Below, one piece after another: positions 1 through 10,280 of a stretch of 34,584 bases of DNA. This DNA is from Toensbergia leucococca (Eukaryota): contig JALDZS010000082.1 in NCBI GenBank assembly GCA_022813965.1, positions 62,001 through 96,584 on the forward strand, written 5' to 3'. The translations under genes were made by a program, and so were the position numbers. The notes below the pieces were generated by a model. That model did no database searches. It was not told where the DNA came from and was given only the letters and a program-made list of their open reading frames with translations. Every line of letters starts with the position of its first letter. Position 1 is the first letter of the stretch.

Positions 1-696
1 CACCCTCGCGCCCACTAGCACAAAATCTCCAATCCACCCAGCTCAAACATCCCTCCCTCCCACCCACCAACGATCAAAGGGAGAAAAAAAAAGCCCGATT
101 TGATGCTCCAGCATGCGGATCTTGTGCTGATCTCTTCTTAATCTAGATTCATAGTTTTCTGATCTCGATTTTTTTTTGTTTTTTTTTTCTTTTTTCTTTT
201 TCGCTCGGTTGATCTGTTGGTGATATCATGTGTGTTAAGAGGTTTGAGTCAGAGGTGAAGAGTTGTGGGTTGAGTTTTTGGGGGGGAGGTATGGGCCTGC
301 TTTTGAGGAGATGGTGCTGGTGTTTTTATTGACCTGTGATAGTATTGGTTTGGAAAGATGTGGGGTTTTGATTGGCTTTTTGGATGATGGACGGGTTGTG
401 AGATTCCCTTGGTGTTTTTATGATACTAGGGTAGAGGGTGGTGAGAGGTGATGTTTGGCGTATTGGTAAGTACGTACCTTGGTAATTGGATTAGAATTAG
501 GGGAAGAGACATAGATAGATTGCCAAATGGACGCATTTCAGCACAATTAAAGTATGTTACTAGCTAGCCAGATGCCACAGCCAAGCTATTCTATCACTCC
601 CTTTTAAAACACGGAACAGCTCCCCACTTCCCACAACAGAGCTGCAAAGCATGCTCCCGCACTCCCACCTCTTTCAAATCTCCATACTCAAACGTC

Positions 697-1809
697 CTAA
701 TAACTCTGCTTGAAATCTCCTGGCGGTCCCCTGCTCCATCGAGGGTCACTCTGCACCCTATACGCCTTGCCCCAGTCGCGGATCTTGTCGAAGTTGCGAC
801 AGGTGTGTGTTACTTCGAGGCGGGGGAGGGGGACCTCGCGAGCAGCTATCCAGCGCCAATAGACAGTTGCGATGTCGCCGTGGCACATTATGGATTGGCG
901 AATAGCGTCGATGCAGTGGTCTGAGGGTTGAGTTAATATGAGAAAGAGAAGGGGTACATTGGGTTCCGGGAACAACAGGGGGAAGAAAAGGAAGGGAAGT
1001 AATGTGAATGAAGAGGACGGAGAGTTTGAATTACCAAAGTGCTTTGCATCCGTGCTGGTGTAGTTTCTTTGCTGTTTCCCGGGTGGTGCTCCGTCGTCGA
1101 GGTAGTAGTCATCGTAGGTATACCGTTCCGGATACAGCGTCTTACGCACAGCGTTCAGGCAGTGCAATTGGTGGAAGACGTCCAGCTCGATGATGTACTG
1201 GTCTCCTGTGCCGGGGATGAGCTCGGTGGCGTTGGGCAGGAGGCGTGCTTGCGAATATGGGATCTGGCTTACGCCGACTGGGGGGTTTTAGCGAATGATA
1301 TTTGGGGACTGCTTAGGTTGTGGCTGGGATTGTTGAGGAGAGGAAAGGTATACATTGGAAGAGGTCTTCCCAGAGGGCGTCCGTTTCGTTGGTGGGGATG
1401 CCGGTGTCTTCGCGGCCCATGTAGGGACCTTTGGAGATGAAGTTTTCGGCGAAGACGCGGGTTTCGTATTCGATTACTTCTTGAGCTGGGGCTGGATTAG
1501 GGAAGGATTTAGTTAGTAAAGGATGCAGATAGATTTTTAGACTTGGAATAACTGTATGGGTTAGACGAATGCCATGGTAAGGTACTGACAGTAGATACCC
1601 TGGCTGGGATCAGTGCAAACGTATCCGCCATTCAGAATCGAAAGAAAGACTACGACAAGGGCGGCGATGATGCCATAGAGCACGATGATGTGCGTAGTGA
1701 TTTGAATGCGGCTTCGACGGATACGGTAGGCATCCTTGGAGTCGTGCTTGAGGAGATGGATTTCTTCAAAATCTTGGGAGTTGTCGGTGTCTTTTTCATC
1801 GAGATTCAT
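697..1809 (-). CDS. DUF3328 / UstYa-family oxidase (fungal RiPP macrocyclase/oxidase type), about 274 aa, 4 exons
   Basis: Hand-spliced exons 1809-1590, 1491-1354, 1277-1035 and 920-697 (825 nt, in frame, GT..AG introns). N-terminal TM helix (HIIVLYGIIAALVVVFLSIL), then YSPAQEVIEY, TDALWEDL, ELDVFHQLHCLNAVRK, HFDHCIDAIRQSIMCHGD and HTCRNFDKIRDW. The twin HxxHC motifs and C-terminal HxCRxFD motif are typical of DUF3328. Confidence 0.93.
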
Positions 1810-2839
1810 CTTGAATGATTTGAAACGGTGGGATGTGCTGGATGAGCTGCCTTGGAGTGCTACGGAAGGGAATGACAGTGGGGACGAGATATTCGCTACC
1901 GTGAATAAGAGATGGATGGAGGAATTGGTTAATGTGAAAAGGCTTGTTCACAGATTCTGATTCACTCTGTATCTTTAACCTCCTGCACCAAGACTCGATT
2001 GAAGGAAAAGTACAGGTAGATGAGTAAAAGTGAGCATGGTGGGAAGAACAGGGAAAAGTCTCTAGAACAAGCACCTTAGGTATGTCTTGTGACTAGGTAC
2101 GATTAAATCATCTAGAGAGACTGACTCAGTACCACTAAGGTAGTCACCTTACTCGTATAAAGGCCATATTCCCTTGAAATACTGTTTTGAAAAGGTCGGA
2201 CAAGAGTCTGTCTTCCCTACAAAAGCACTTTGTGTTGAACTTACGAATCCTGGCCAGTTATCAAGTCATAGAACAGAACCAGCAAGGATTGGATAGCAAT
2301 TCATGCAATATGCCTCCAACAGCTGAGAACAGGGGCAATGTGTAACGTAGAGATCAGCAACACACATGCATGCTGTTTGGAATTCAAGATTGAATAATGG
2401 TCTCACTTGACGTTTCTGTTTCTGCCTTGGATGAACCCATTCCCCTATCTTAGTAGTCCCAGCAAGTAGTGCTTTGTCGGTACCAATTAGACACAGCCTC
2501 ACGTCCATCCAGTGGCAGAATGAACGCTGAGGGCAAACCTTGCTAGGTAGGTACCTTACCTATACAAGGTGAATTGATATGCGTCATCTGCCGAGCCGTG
2601 AATGAGCAATGAATCATTGTAGTAGGTAGTGAATGGATACCCCACCTGGTTTTGTATAAGACCGCCTTCCTTTCTCCGAGCTGCACTTCTTCCCATCCAT
2701 CCACGCTTTCATTCTTTGAATCTCTAGACTTCAATTCTTTCCGTATCTTGACTGACCATTCTTTCCATCTCTTCACCTTAGCAACCGCCTATCGTCCAAC
2801 AACGAATCTCGATAATCCGAGCAACCCAAAGCCGTCAAC
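1810..2839. promoter_or_regulatory. Putative bidirectional promoter shared by the DUF3328 gene and the repeat-precursor gene
   Basis: About 1.03 kb between two divergent ATGs. There is a CT-rich tract before the plus-strand ATG (about 2665-2780) and an imperfect palindrome at 2537-2570. Confidence 0.55.
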
Positions 2840-3748
2840 ATGAAGTTTCTCGCTGCTCTCCTCAGCCTCTCGGCTACTGCTTTCGTTGTAGGCCGACCGC
2901 TTGGTGAGCTTGTACTATTACATATGAGAGCTTTCATACTAACGTCCTGACTAGAAGGCTCCCTCGACAAGCGTGAAGTTGCTTGTACCTCGGTTGATGC
3001 AACTTCAGCTGCTGAATGGGATAAATTTGTCAAGAAACGCGATGTCGATTCTACCTCGGCCTTCGAATGGGATTACGTGTTGGATGTCAACAAGAAACGC
3101 GATGTCGATTCTACCTCGGCCTTCGAATGGGATTACGTGTTGGATGCCAACAAGAGACGCGATGTCGATTCTACCTCTGTCGATTCAACCTCGGCCGATG
3201 AATGGAGTTTCAACAAGAAGCGTGAGATTGCTTCTCCCTCTGTCGATTCAACCTCGGCCTCCGAATGGGAATATGTGTGGGATGTCAACAAGAAGCGTGA
3301 AATCGCTTCTACCTCTGTCGATTCAACCTCGGCTGCCGAATGGGATAAATTTGTCAAGAAACGTGATGTCGATTCCACCTCTGCCGCCGAGTGGGAGAAT
3401 GAATTTTTCAAGAAACGTGATGTCGATTCCACCTCTGCCGCCGAGTGGGAGGACGACAACTACTACGATATCGGTGAGAAGCGCGATGTTGACTCGACTT
3501 CTGCCGCCGAGTGGCACGACGAGGATTTTGAGAAGCGTCAGGTCGGCTCCTTCCCAACCCACTGCGGCAAATACTTCTGCCCACTTACTAGGAAGCGAAA
3601 TATCAACGTCGACGAGGTCTCCGACTTTGAGTGGACCTGGCCTAAGAAAGAGAAGGCCGAGGCCCGTGACGTGGATTCTACCTCTGCCACCGAGTGGCAC
3701 GATGAGGATTTTGAGAAGCGTGGTGTCGACTCCACCTCTATCCGCTGA
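2840..3748 (+). CDS. Secreted Kex2-processed repeat protein (KEP); probable dikaritin-type RiPP precursor, about 285 aa, 2 exons
   Basis: ATG 2840 opens a signal peptide (MKFLAALLSLSATAFVVGRPL). Intron 2904-2954 (GTGAGC..TACTAAC..CTAG) joins in frame to EGSLDKR, followed by about 12 units separated mostly by KR/RR and sharing (D/S)VDSTSAxEW. The gene is adjacent to a DUF3328 gene. Confidence 0.92.
2976..3745 (+). repeat. Coding tandem repeat array of the precursor (54-75 bp units)
   Basis: 3031-3090 and 3091-3150 are 60-bp copies differing at one base. Units 1 and 6 (AAEWDKFVKKR) and units 9 and 12 (EWHDEDFEKR) are paired copies. Confidence 0.9.
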
Positions 3749-5826
3749 AAAAAGTACTGGTGCCCTAAGAAGACTGAGGCCTAGAGATCAGGGAAGTCTT
3801 GACTATTGGGTTGGTCAATAGTGATGCCGGGCTGCTTGCATGTTGGCTTTACTCTCATGCATGTATTTCTTTTGATAGGACAGTATGACGATGATTCATG
3901 AGCGTGATACGAAAGCGAAGGTGTCGCTTCATTAGTTCAATGGGCTTGGTGCAGAAATTTCAAACATAGCTAGCACTAACCTATGTATCGCGATATAGAG
4001 AACGGTTTTTGCTTAGAATCCCAACTAGATGACACAGTGATTATAGTCTTGTAGATGTTGCATGCCCCTCATCGGTGACTGTCCAGCTAAGGCTAAGCCA
4101 GAGGTTTGGCTACTTGTTAACAACGATCTCGATTCAATTCATGAAGCAGATAGTCCACGACAATTACCCAACGGCTCTTCTTGTTTGTATTCCTGACGAT
4201 GACCCCGTCCGTTGCAGAGAGTTGGATGTCATGAATCATGAACGCGATGAAAGGGATGAAGACCTCCACCCGTGGGTAGTCACCATCCATGGAGATGGAC
4301 ATTCTGTTCCCGCATCTCACCAGCCATGTATGTATGCTGTGCATCTCATACTGCTTGGGCGCCTCACGCTTTCTTCTTTCACTGTCAGTATTCCACAACA
4401 GGATGTTTTCCGCTTTTCGTTGAGTACGTAGTAGGTGTTGTTTGCTCTGCATACCCGTGAGCAACCCTTCTTTTTCTCACTCTGCCTTGTCTTGATACTA
4501 TCAATTGTAAGGCCGTTGGACCGAGTGACGGGTCGCCTTATTGTGCTAACTCCTTGCTCTGATCTAGACGTGGTAGCACGCCTAAACTTAACTTTGGCTG
4601 CTTGTGGTATGTACCAACTTCAGAATCGTTTGGTTACTATTTCCCTGCTGCTCATCTCGGGTGTCTGTGACCAATTCCATTCTCTGCGCCTAGTGGCGAG
4701 ATCGCGTCTCTTTACATACGACGACAGCGGACTTATCAGCCACATTATACGTCTCTTGGAGTACTCCGGGGCCCGCAAAGCATAAAGGTAGCAGTCCGGC
4801 GGCAATTGGAAAACCTCCGAGTGCCTTGCTCATGGTGCCAGAGCTCGCCGAGGATATCATACCAGTTAAAGTGTGTTTTCTCCCTTGAATCCCCTGGGGA
4901 TACGACAGTACAAATTCATAGAATCCATCTTGCTGCCGACTGCCAGGATAGACGGCTGAATTTGAAACCAAAGAGCTAGGCAGCTACGCTACCATGGAAG
5001 AAAGGCACGCGACGCGGCAGATATCTCGTGATTGTTTTCAATCACCAGAGCAAACTGGGAATATGGCTCCTGATTGTAAACTTGTGCTCCAAATGGCCAG
5101 GAAAGCATTTGCTAGGGCCATGATAGCGTCTGATGTTTGTCTGAAGCTTTAGCAAGGCCCGGTTGCCATGCGTGAAATCCGGAAGCCGTGGAGAGAGGAA
5201 GACACGGCCTGAGACAGGGATTTTACATTGCTCAGGCAATGAGAGAATTCAATGTTGAGAAAGTGAGAATCTCGTTTTGGAATTGGACGAAGTTTCTCTA
5301 TTTTTCAAAAGAGGTTGGAATTTAATAAATGCCTTCGTTGGCTGAGCTGAATGTGAGCTAAGTTGGAGACGGTTGTTGAAAGCACCTATGATTGCTGTTT
5401 CTATGCTTGATGCGCCTCCATGCATCTGTTTCTTTTGTTATCAAGCTACTAGTATTCGCTCCTCCTTTCGATCATTATAAGTGCCCACAGACTCCAGCTT
5501 CCCTAGTCCTTCGATATCAGCTAGATATTCATGATCTTTCTATAGTTGGAGATGCAATTACTTCAGGGACTGTCCTATCCTATTATAATCCAGGATGGGG
5601 TTTAGGGTTAGATAGGATAGAGGGGCGTATGATAAATAGGGGGGTATTAAGGTAATTTATGCTGACTCCGTGCTCAATACCCTGTAAATCGGCAACGACA
5701 CCATCACAGCACACCATCAACACATCTTGAGCACTATATTCACCCTTTGCTTCACGATTCTTTCATTCTATATAGAGCACAGCTTTGCTCAAAACTTTGA
5801 AGACCTCTGCAAGATGAAGAGCAAAG

Positions 5827-7032
5827 ATGCCGCCTCCGATAGAGATCCTCATCCACCCCTCCGCCCCAAGCCACGGACCGGATGATGTGAGATACAGGAA
5901 AGAGGTGCTGGGGTACCTGAATTTCGAGGTGAATGTGAGGCACGATGTCCTTGTACAGAAGCCAGAGCTAGAGGAGTCTCAAAGCAAGACTGGGTCTTCT
6001 ACAAGGCAAGAGGATGCAGATCGAGGACATATACTCCCAGTCGAGCTTGATGAAGAGGGAGAACCTTTGCCCTCTTCTCAATTCTCCCTGCTCCCTGATC
6101 GCACAAACAGCTCGCCATTTCAGCAGTCCAGCCCTTCGCCTCTCCCGAAGCCGAGCGCCCTCCATCGGCTCCAGCGCCAGAACCTTGACGTCCTTCAAGT
6201 CGCCGGCACAGCCTATTCACCCCGTGTTCTGGTCGGCCGGACGCCAAACAGCACAAGACCAAGGACAGCACCCACCGCCGCCTCCAATGCTACGTCACAC
6301 ACTCCCCTCCGCCGCACACAATCCGACTCATGGGAAACGCCACCTAGCGTAATTGCAGACTCCCAGCCCTCCTTCTCGTCCCTAAAGCGGAACCGTATCG
6401 GCAGTCCTACTCCTGAACAGAGCCTTCCCAACTCGCCATCTCCCAAGCGCCAACGACGACTATCGCCGCAGCCAGCCGAGCCGCCGGTCCCTGCTTCCGA
6501 AGCCACCCAATCCCCTGCGGCGCCTCCCGCCTGCCCTTTCCTCGTCCTTCCCGCTTACATCTACGCCCCTCCCCCAAAATCCTCGACCCAATCCTTCTCA
6601 ACGCACCTCACCCCCTCCCTAACCCTCATCAAAACCAAACTCCCCAACAGTCTCTTCGCGCCCCTCTCCACCAGCCGACCACTCCGGCCATCCGAACGCG
6701 GTCATTGGGTCCTACCCCTCCACAAATCCTGGCCTGCAGACCTAAAAGTACGACTTTGGGACTTTTTAACCGCATTTATCGGCGAGGCGAGAGCGGGGTG
6801 GGGAGTTTGGTGTGTATTGGAAGGTACTGGGAAGGGCAAAGCGGAGACTGCGGGAAATGTTGAAAGGAATACTGAAGAAGGTGCGGAGGGCGAGGTGCTC
6901 GAAATTTACTGCTGGGGTCAAACGGTCGAGCACATCTACCTGCTCCTCTTCCTAGCTAGCGAGCGCCGGGTCAAAGGCTGTGGCGCTAGGTGGATCGATG
7001 GTGCCGGGAAGATGGTTGTGCAGATGGCTTAG
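5827..7032 (+). CDS. Hypothetical protein (401 aa): short folded N-terminus, S/P-rich linker, Trp-rich C-terminal domain
   Basis: Uninterrupted ATG-to-TAG ORF. N-terminal EILIHPSAPSHGPDDVRYR and C-terminal ERGHW..AGWGVWC..IYCWG..IYLLLFLASERR..ARWIDG look like a conserved filamentous-fungal family of unknown function. Possible NLS (SPKRQRR). Confidence 0.8.
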   Translation: MPPPIEILIHPSAPSHGPDDVRYRKEVLGYLNFEVNVRHDVLVQKPELEESQSKTGSSTRQEDADRGHILPVELDEEGEPLPSSQFSLLPDRTNSSPFQQSSPSPLPKPSALHRLQRQNLDVLQVAGTAYSPRVLVGRTPNSTRPRTAPTAASNATSHTPLRRTQSDSWETPPSVIADSQPSFSSLKRNRIGSPTPEQSLPNSPSPKRQRRLSPQPAEPPVPASEATQSPAAPPACPFLVLPAYIYAPPPKSSTQSFSTHLTPSLTLIKTKLPNSLFAPLSTSRPLRPSERGHWVLPLHKSWPADLKVRLWDFLTAFIGEARAGWGVWCVLEGTGKGKAETAGNVERNTEEGAEGEVLEIYCWGQTVEHIYLLLFLASERRVKGCGARWIDGAGKMVVQMA

Positions 7033-7366
7033 GGATGGTGTTTTTGATTGGTTTGTAGATTTGTTGGTTTTGGGATTCAGGTCTTGGGCGGGCGGCGTGA
7101 GGGTTGACCAGAGATGCGGACTTATGACTTGACGGCCGTGATGGTTTGGAGATATTGCGACTTTGGAGTTGAGGTTTTGGGTAGGAGGGAGGCTTGGGTA
7201 CGGTGCCATTCTATTTTGTGGAGTCGATGGCCGAAATTGGTTACATGGTGCTGGGATGTGCTGGTAGGATATGGGGATCTGACCCTTTTTTTTTTAGGGG
7301 GGGGGGGGAATACTTGGAGTCTGAATCTTGAAGGTTTTGGATAACGATTTTATTCCTTTGAGTACC

Positions 7367-7408
7367 AATAACGAATAACGAAGAACGAATAACGAAGAAC
7401 GAATAACG
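7367..7408 (+). repeat. 7-bp tandem repeat (AATAACG/AAGAACG) x6
   Basis: Read directly: aataacg aataacg aagaacg aataacg aagaacg aataacg. Confidence 0.85.
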
Positions 7409-7645
7409 ATAACTTTTTAACCCCACATGCTTGGGACTCCATCTTCAATCATCAGATACTATTTTATCCCTCTTTTGTCACCCGATATTTAATACCCCAT
7501 TTTCATCTGCCTAGGTAACCCACCCCCCTCTCCTCGACTATTCTAAGGTGGGAGGGGGTCTGCAGGTACATTGATTGCTTTTTTTGGGAGGGGGGGAGGC
7601 AAATAAACAATCTTCAAAATGTGACTGTCTCGAACGAAACAACCC

Positions 7646-7664
7646 GGGGGGGGGGGGGGGGGGG
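7646..7664 (+). repeat. Poly-G homopolymer (19 nt)
   Basis: Read directly. It lies in a homopolymer-rich intergenic region. Confidence 0.8.
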
Positions 7665-10280
7665 CATGCAGCGCTCAAGACTGTGATATCTGCTTTGTGA
7701 GGGGGATTCTGTGATTCACCTCTTGTTTCGTTCTGCTGTTTTCGATGAGACCTTGCAGGATGTCGTGTCAGAGAACGCTGCAGAGAAAGGAACTTCCAAG
7801 AAGTGTGTCTGAGACAGCTTTTGCAAGCGCGGAGGTTCTGTTTGATGCATCCTCTTTCACCTTTTGTATATTGATAGCGTCGTGAGAATGAGATGTTAAG
7901 ATTGTTCCTCCTCCTCCCCTCTCTGCAAGATTCTCTTTTTCAAGGCTGCGCTTTTTCTGAGGTTCGGAGACTTGTGCGCGCTGTAAACTTCCTCCTTATA
8001 ATCTTATATCAAGGCTTTAAATCTCTTCTTGAATCCGGGGGGGGGATTGCGGTTTTGTCTCTTGTTGCCTGGTCCCTCCCCTCTCTCCTCGGCCTCCTCG
8101 CCTATCCTGGGCGTCTCCGCTTTCAAGAGAGCAGCGGAATTTCCTTCCTTTCTCCCCGCGGGGTACAGGCACATGCGGCGCTTCCAACCTCGATTTCTTG
8201 AGGAAGAAATGCCGCTTCGATCTCTCTCAGCGCCTCCAACAACACATCAGCCAACCCCCGTCTCCTCCTCGGCTTTGTGAGGTTCTCTAAAGTCATGGGT
8301 GCTCGTTTAAAAAAGAATGTCCGAGAAGGAGGCAGGAGAGAAAGGTCAAGGGGGACGCCCTGAGATCTTGAAAGTATATCTCGGAGAACATGCTCCCCAG
8401 GGATGTCGAACCTGATTCATCCGTCCGGGCAAATCTGAAGGTGCAGATACGAGATATCCTTCCCGTCTCCACTTCATTCTTAAAAAAGACCATGGTCTTG
8501 CTTCCACATACCATCTTTCCGTGCACACGTGGAGTAGACCCAAAATTCCGCCTGCAGACTAGCCACAAATCCACCTTCCAAATCCGCCTCAAGATCTCTG
8601 TCGTTCTACGCATTATGTTGTTCGACGATCCTTAGGTGTCAAAGATGTGCAGGGAGCGACAATAGAGAGATACCAGAACCCAATCCGACATGTGAAAGAT
8701 CAAGCCTTTCCAATACCAGGAATCCTACCCATCGGCAGGCACAAAAGCACCAAGATCGCAGGTCCTCGCCGAAGTCAAAGGGAGAAATCTAGTCGGGCAT
8801 GGACACCTCTTGGAAGCACCTTTTCAAGCCCCCTCCACCAGCCAGATCAAACCCGCGTTTTGCACCCCTGAAAGCGAGCTTATGGGGGGAGGTGTGTGCT
8901 TGAGTCAGAGTAACAAAAAAATTGCCCTTTTTCTCGTATAAAACATCGCCCGACCTTTGAAAATCCCTGGAAAGTTCCACCCTGGTTACATGTACCATTT
9001 TCTACAATCAAGAATGCTTCACTTCTCAACGCGTCTAGGGGAGACGCCTCTGAAACCGGAGAGTCTGGAAGCATTGCAAGAGGAGGACTTTTTTGGGACA
9101 CTTGTAGGGGAGAAGGATCGTCAGGTTATGATGTGAACCCGGGCCGGGGTTGGGGGAGGGGTGGTGGGAAGTGAGCTTTTTTTCTTTGATGCGACAACCA
9201 TCAGGTTCGGAAACCTGTAATCAAGTCCTGCGGCGTAGAGGGCATGTTATCGATCAATCAAATGTCTCAGTTCTCAACGATTGAGGGGGACGCCCTGAGA
9301 TCCGAGAGCGATGAGACATTGGAGGAGGCAGAGAGACTTACTTACCTTACGCCCTATAATAGGTATTTATAGTCTGAATATATAAAAACCCTACCTGAAA
9401 ACAAAAAACGTCTTGTAAAAACACATTTTATAAACTGGAGGAAGGGTACGATTATATTATTACCCTGTGCAAAACCCCCTCTTGATTCTCAATAGAGGAG
9501 ATGGCCCTTCACAGACTGCAGGAGATTAGAATAGGATAGGTAGGTAGTTTTGATAAACGCTAGTATTAGCAGAGTGTGGAGTTGCTAATGTTTGTAATTG
9601 ATGAAATGAGAAGAATAACATAAGGATTTGGAAAATAGATAGAACATTAGACTGCTGGGATGTGCGACAAGAGAAAATGCAAACAGCAAAGGCCAAAAAA
9701 AAGGGGGGGAAGGTGTTGGGAAAATATCGAAACGAGGGGAAATGTCTCGAGGAGGGTTCGGTAGGTACTATTCTGCAGGTTTTGAAGAAAAAAGGAAGAT
9801 TGAGATTTGATCCGGGGGGGTATTAACTACTCCTGCACTGCCAAACTATCACTACCACATCCAGCTTTCCTCTCTTTTCACAAAAAAGAAAAGAAAAAAA
9901 ATTCCCCATGCAGCAACATGCCCAAATGCAGAAAATTTAGGGGGGGAAAAACACAAGACATCTTCGCCAATTATCATCATCGCCTTGACCTCTCGATCCC
10001 CCAAAAGATACCTGACTCCCAAATCCAATGCTCCACCCGCTTTCCGCCTAAGCTGGAATAGTAAAAAAAAAGAAGGGCAACTGAAGAGAAATAAACGCCC
10101 ACCCTGCTGACTCGGGGCATATGCGCTGTTGGTGTCGTGCCTCTAGAGAAACATTCAAGAAAAAAGAAGAGAAAGGAAGCTAAATCTGCTCAGTAGAGAG
10201 CCGTCTAGAACGCCGGTCGCAATGAAAGTGCAGTAAAACAAATCAAGCACTACATCAGACATACCGTCTCCAAGCTACAC

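Noticed and set aside
1..460. Possible gene start or additional cluster gene at the left edge
   Set aside because: Low-complexity sequence with no supportable ORF inside the window.
921..1034. Hydrophobic segment in the 156-aa ORF 697-1167
   Set aside because: It is a 114-nt in-frame intron (GTAATT..CAG). Removing it restores the HFDHC motif.
3031..3540. CRISPR-like repeat/spacer appearance
   Set aside because: Eukaryotic context, codon-phased repeats with synonymous variation, and no cas genes.
2840..3748. Alpha-type mating pheromone precursor
   Set aside because: It has Kex2 sites but lacks repeated identical WC..GQ.C-type peptides and X-A/X-P Ste13 spacers. The adjacent DUF3328 gene favours a RiPP.
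2973..3821. 282-aa alternative-frame ORF and antisense ORFs over the repeat array
   Set aside because: Shadow ORFs of the repeats. Only the KR frame joins the signal-peptide exon through a canonical intron.
4075..5240. Short ORFs on both strands downstream of the precursor (possible extra cluster gene or relic)
   Set aside because: I could not build a consistent spliced model or recognise a motif.
5598..5611. Telomere-like TTTAGGGTTAG (possible telomerase RNA template on the minus strand)
   Set aside because: Fewer than two repeats, so it is plausible by chance. I could not identify a pseudoknot or P6/6.1 element. A covariance-model search would be needed.
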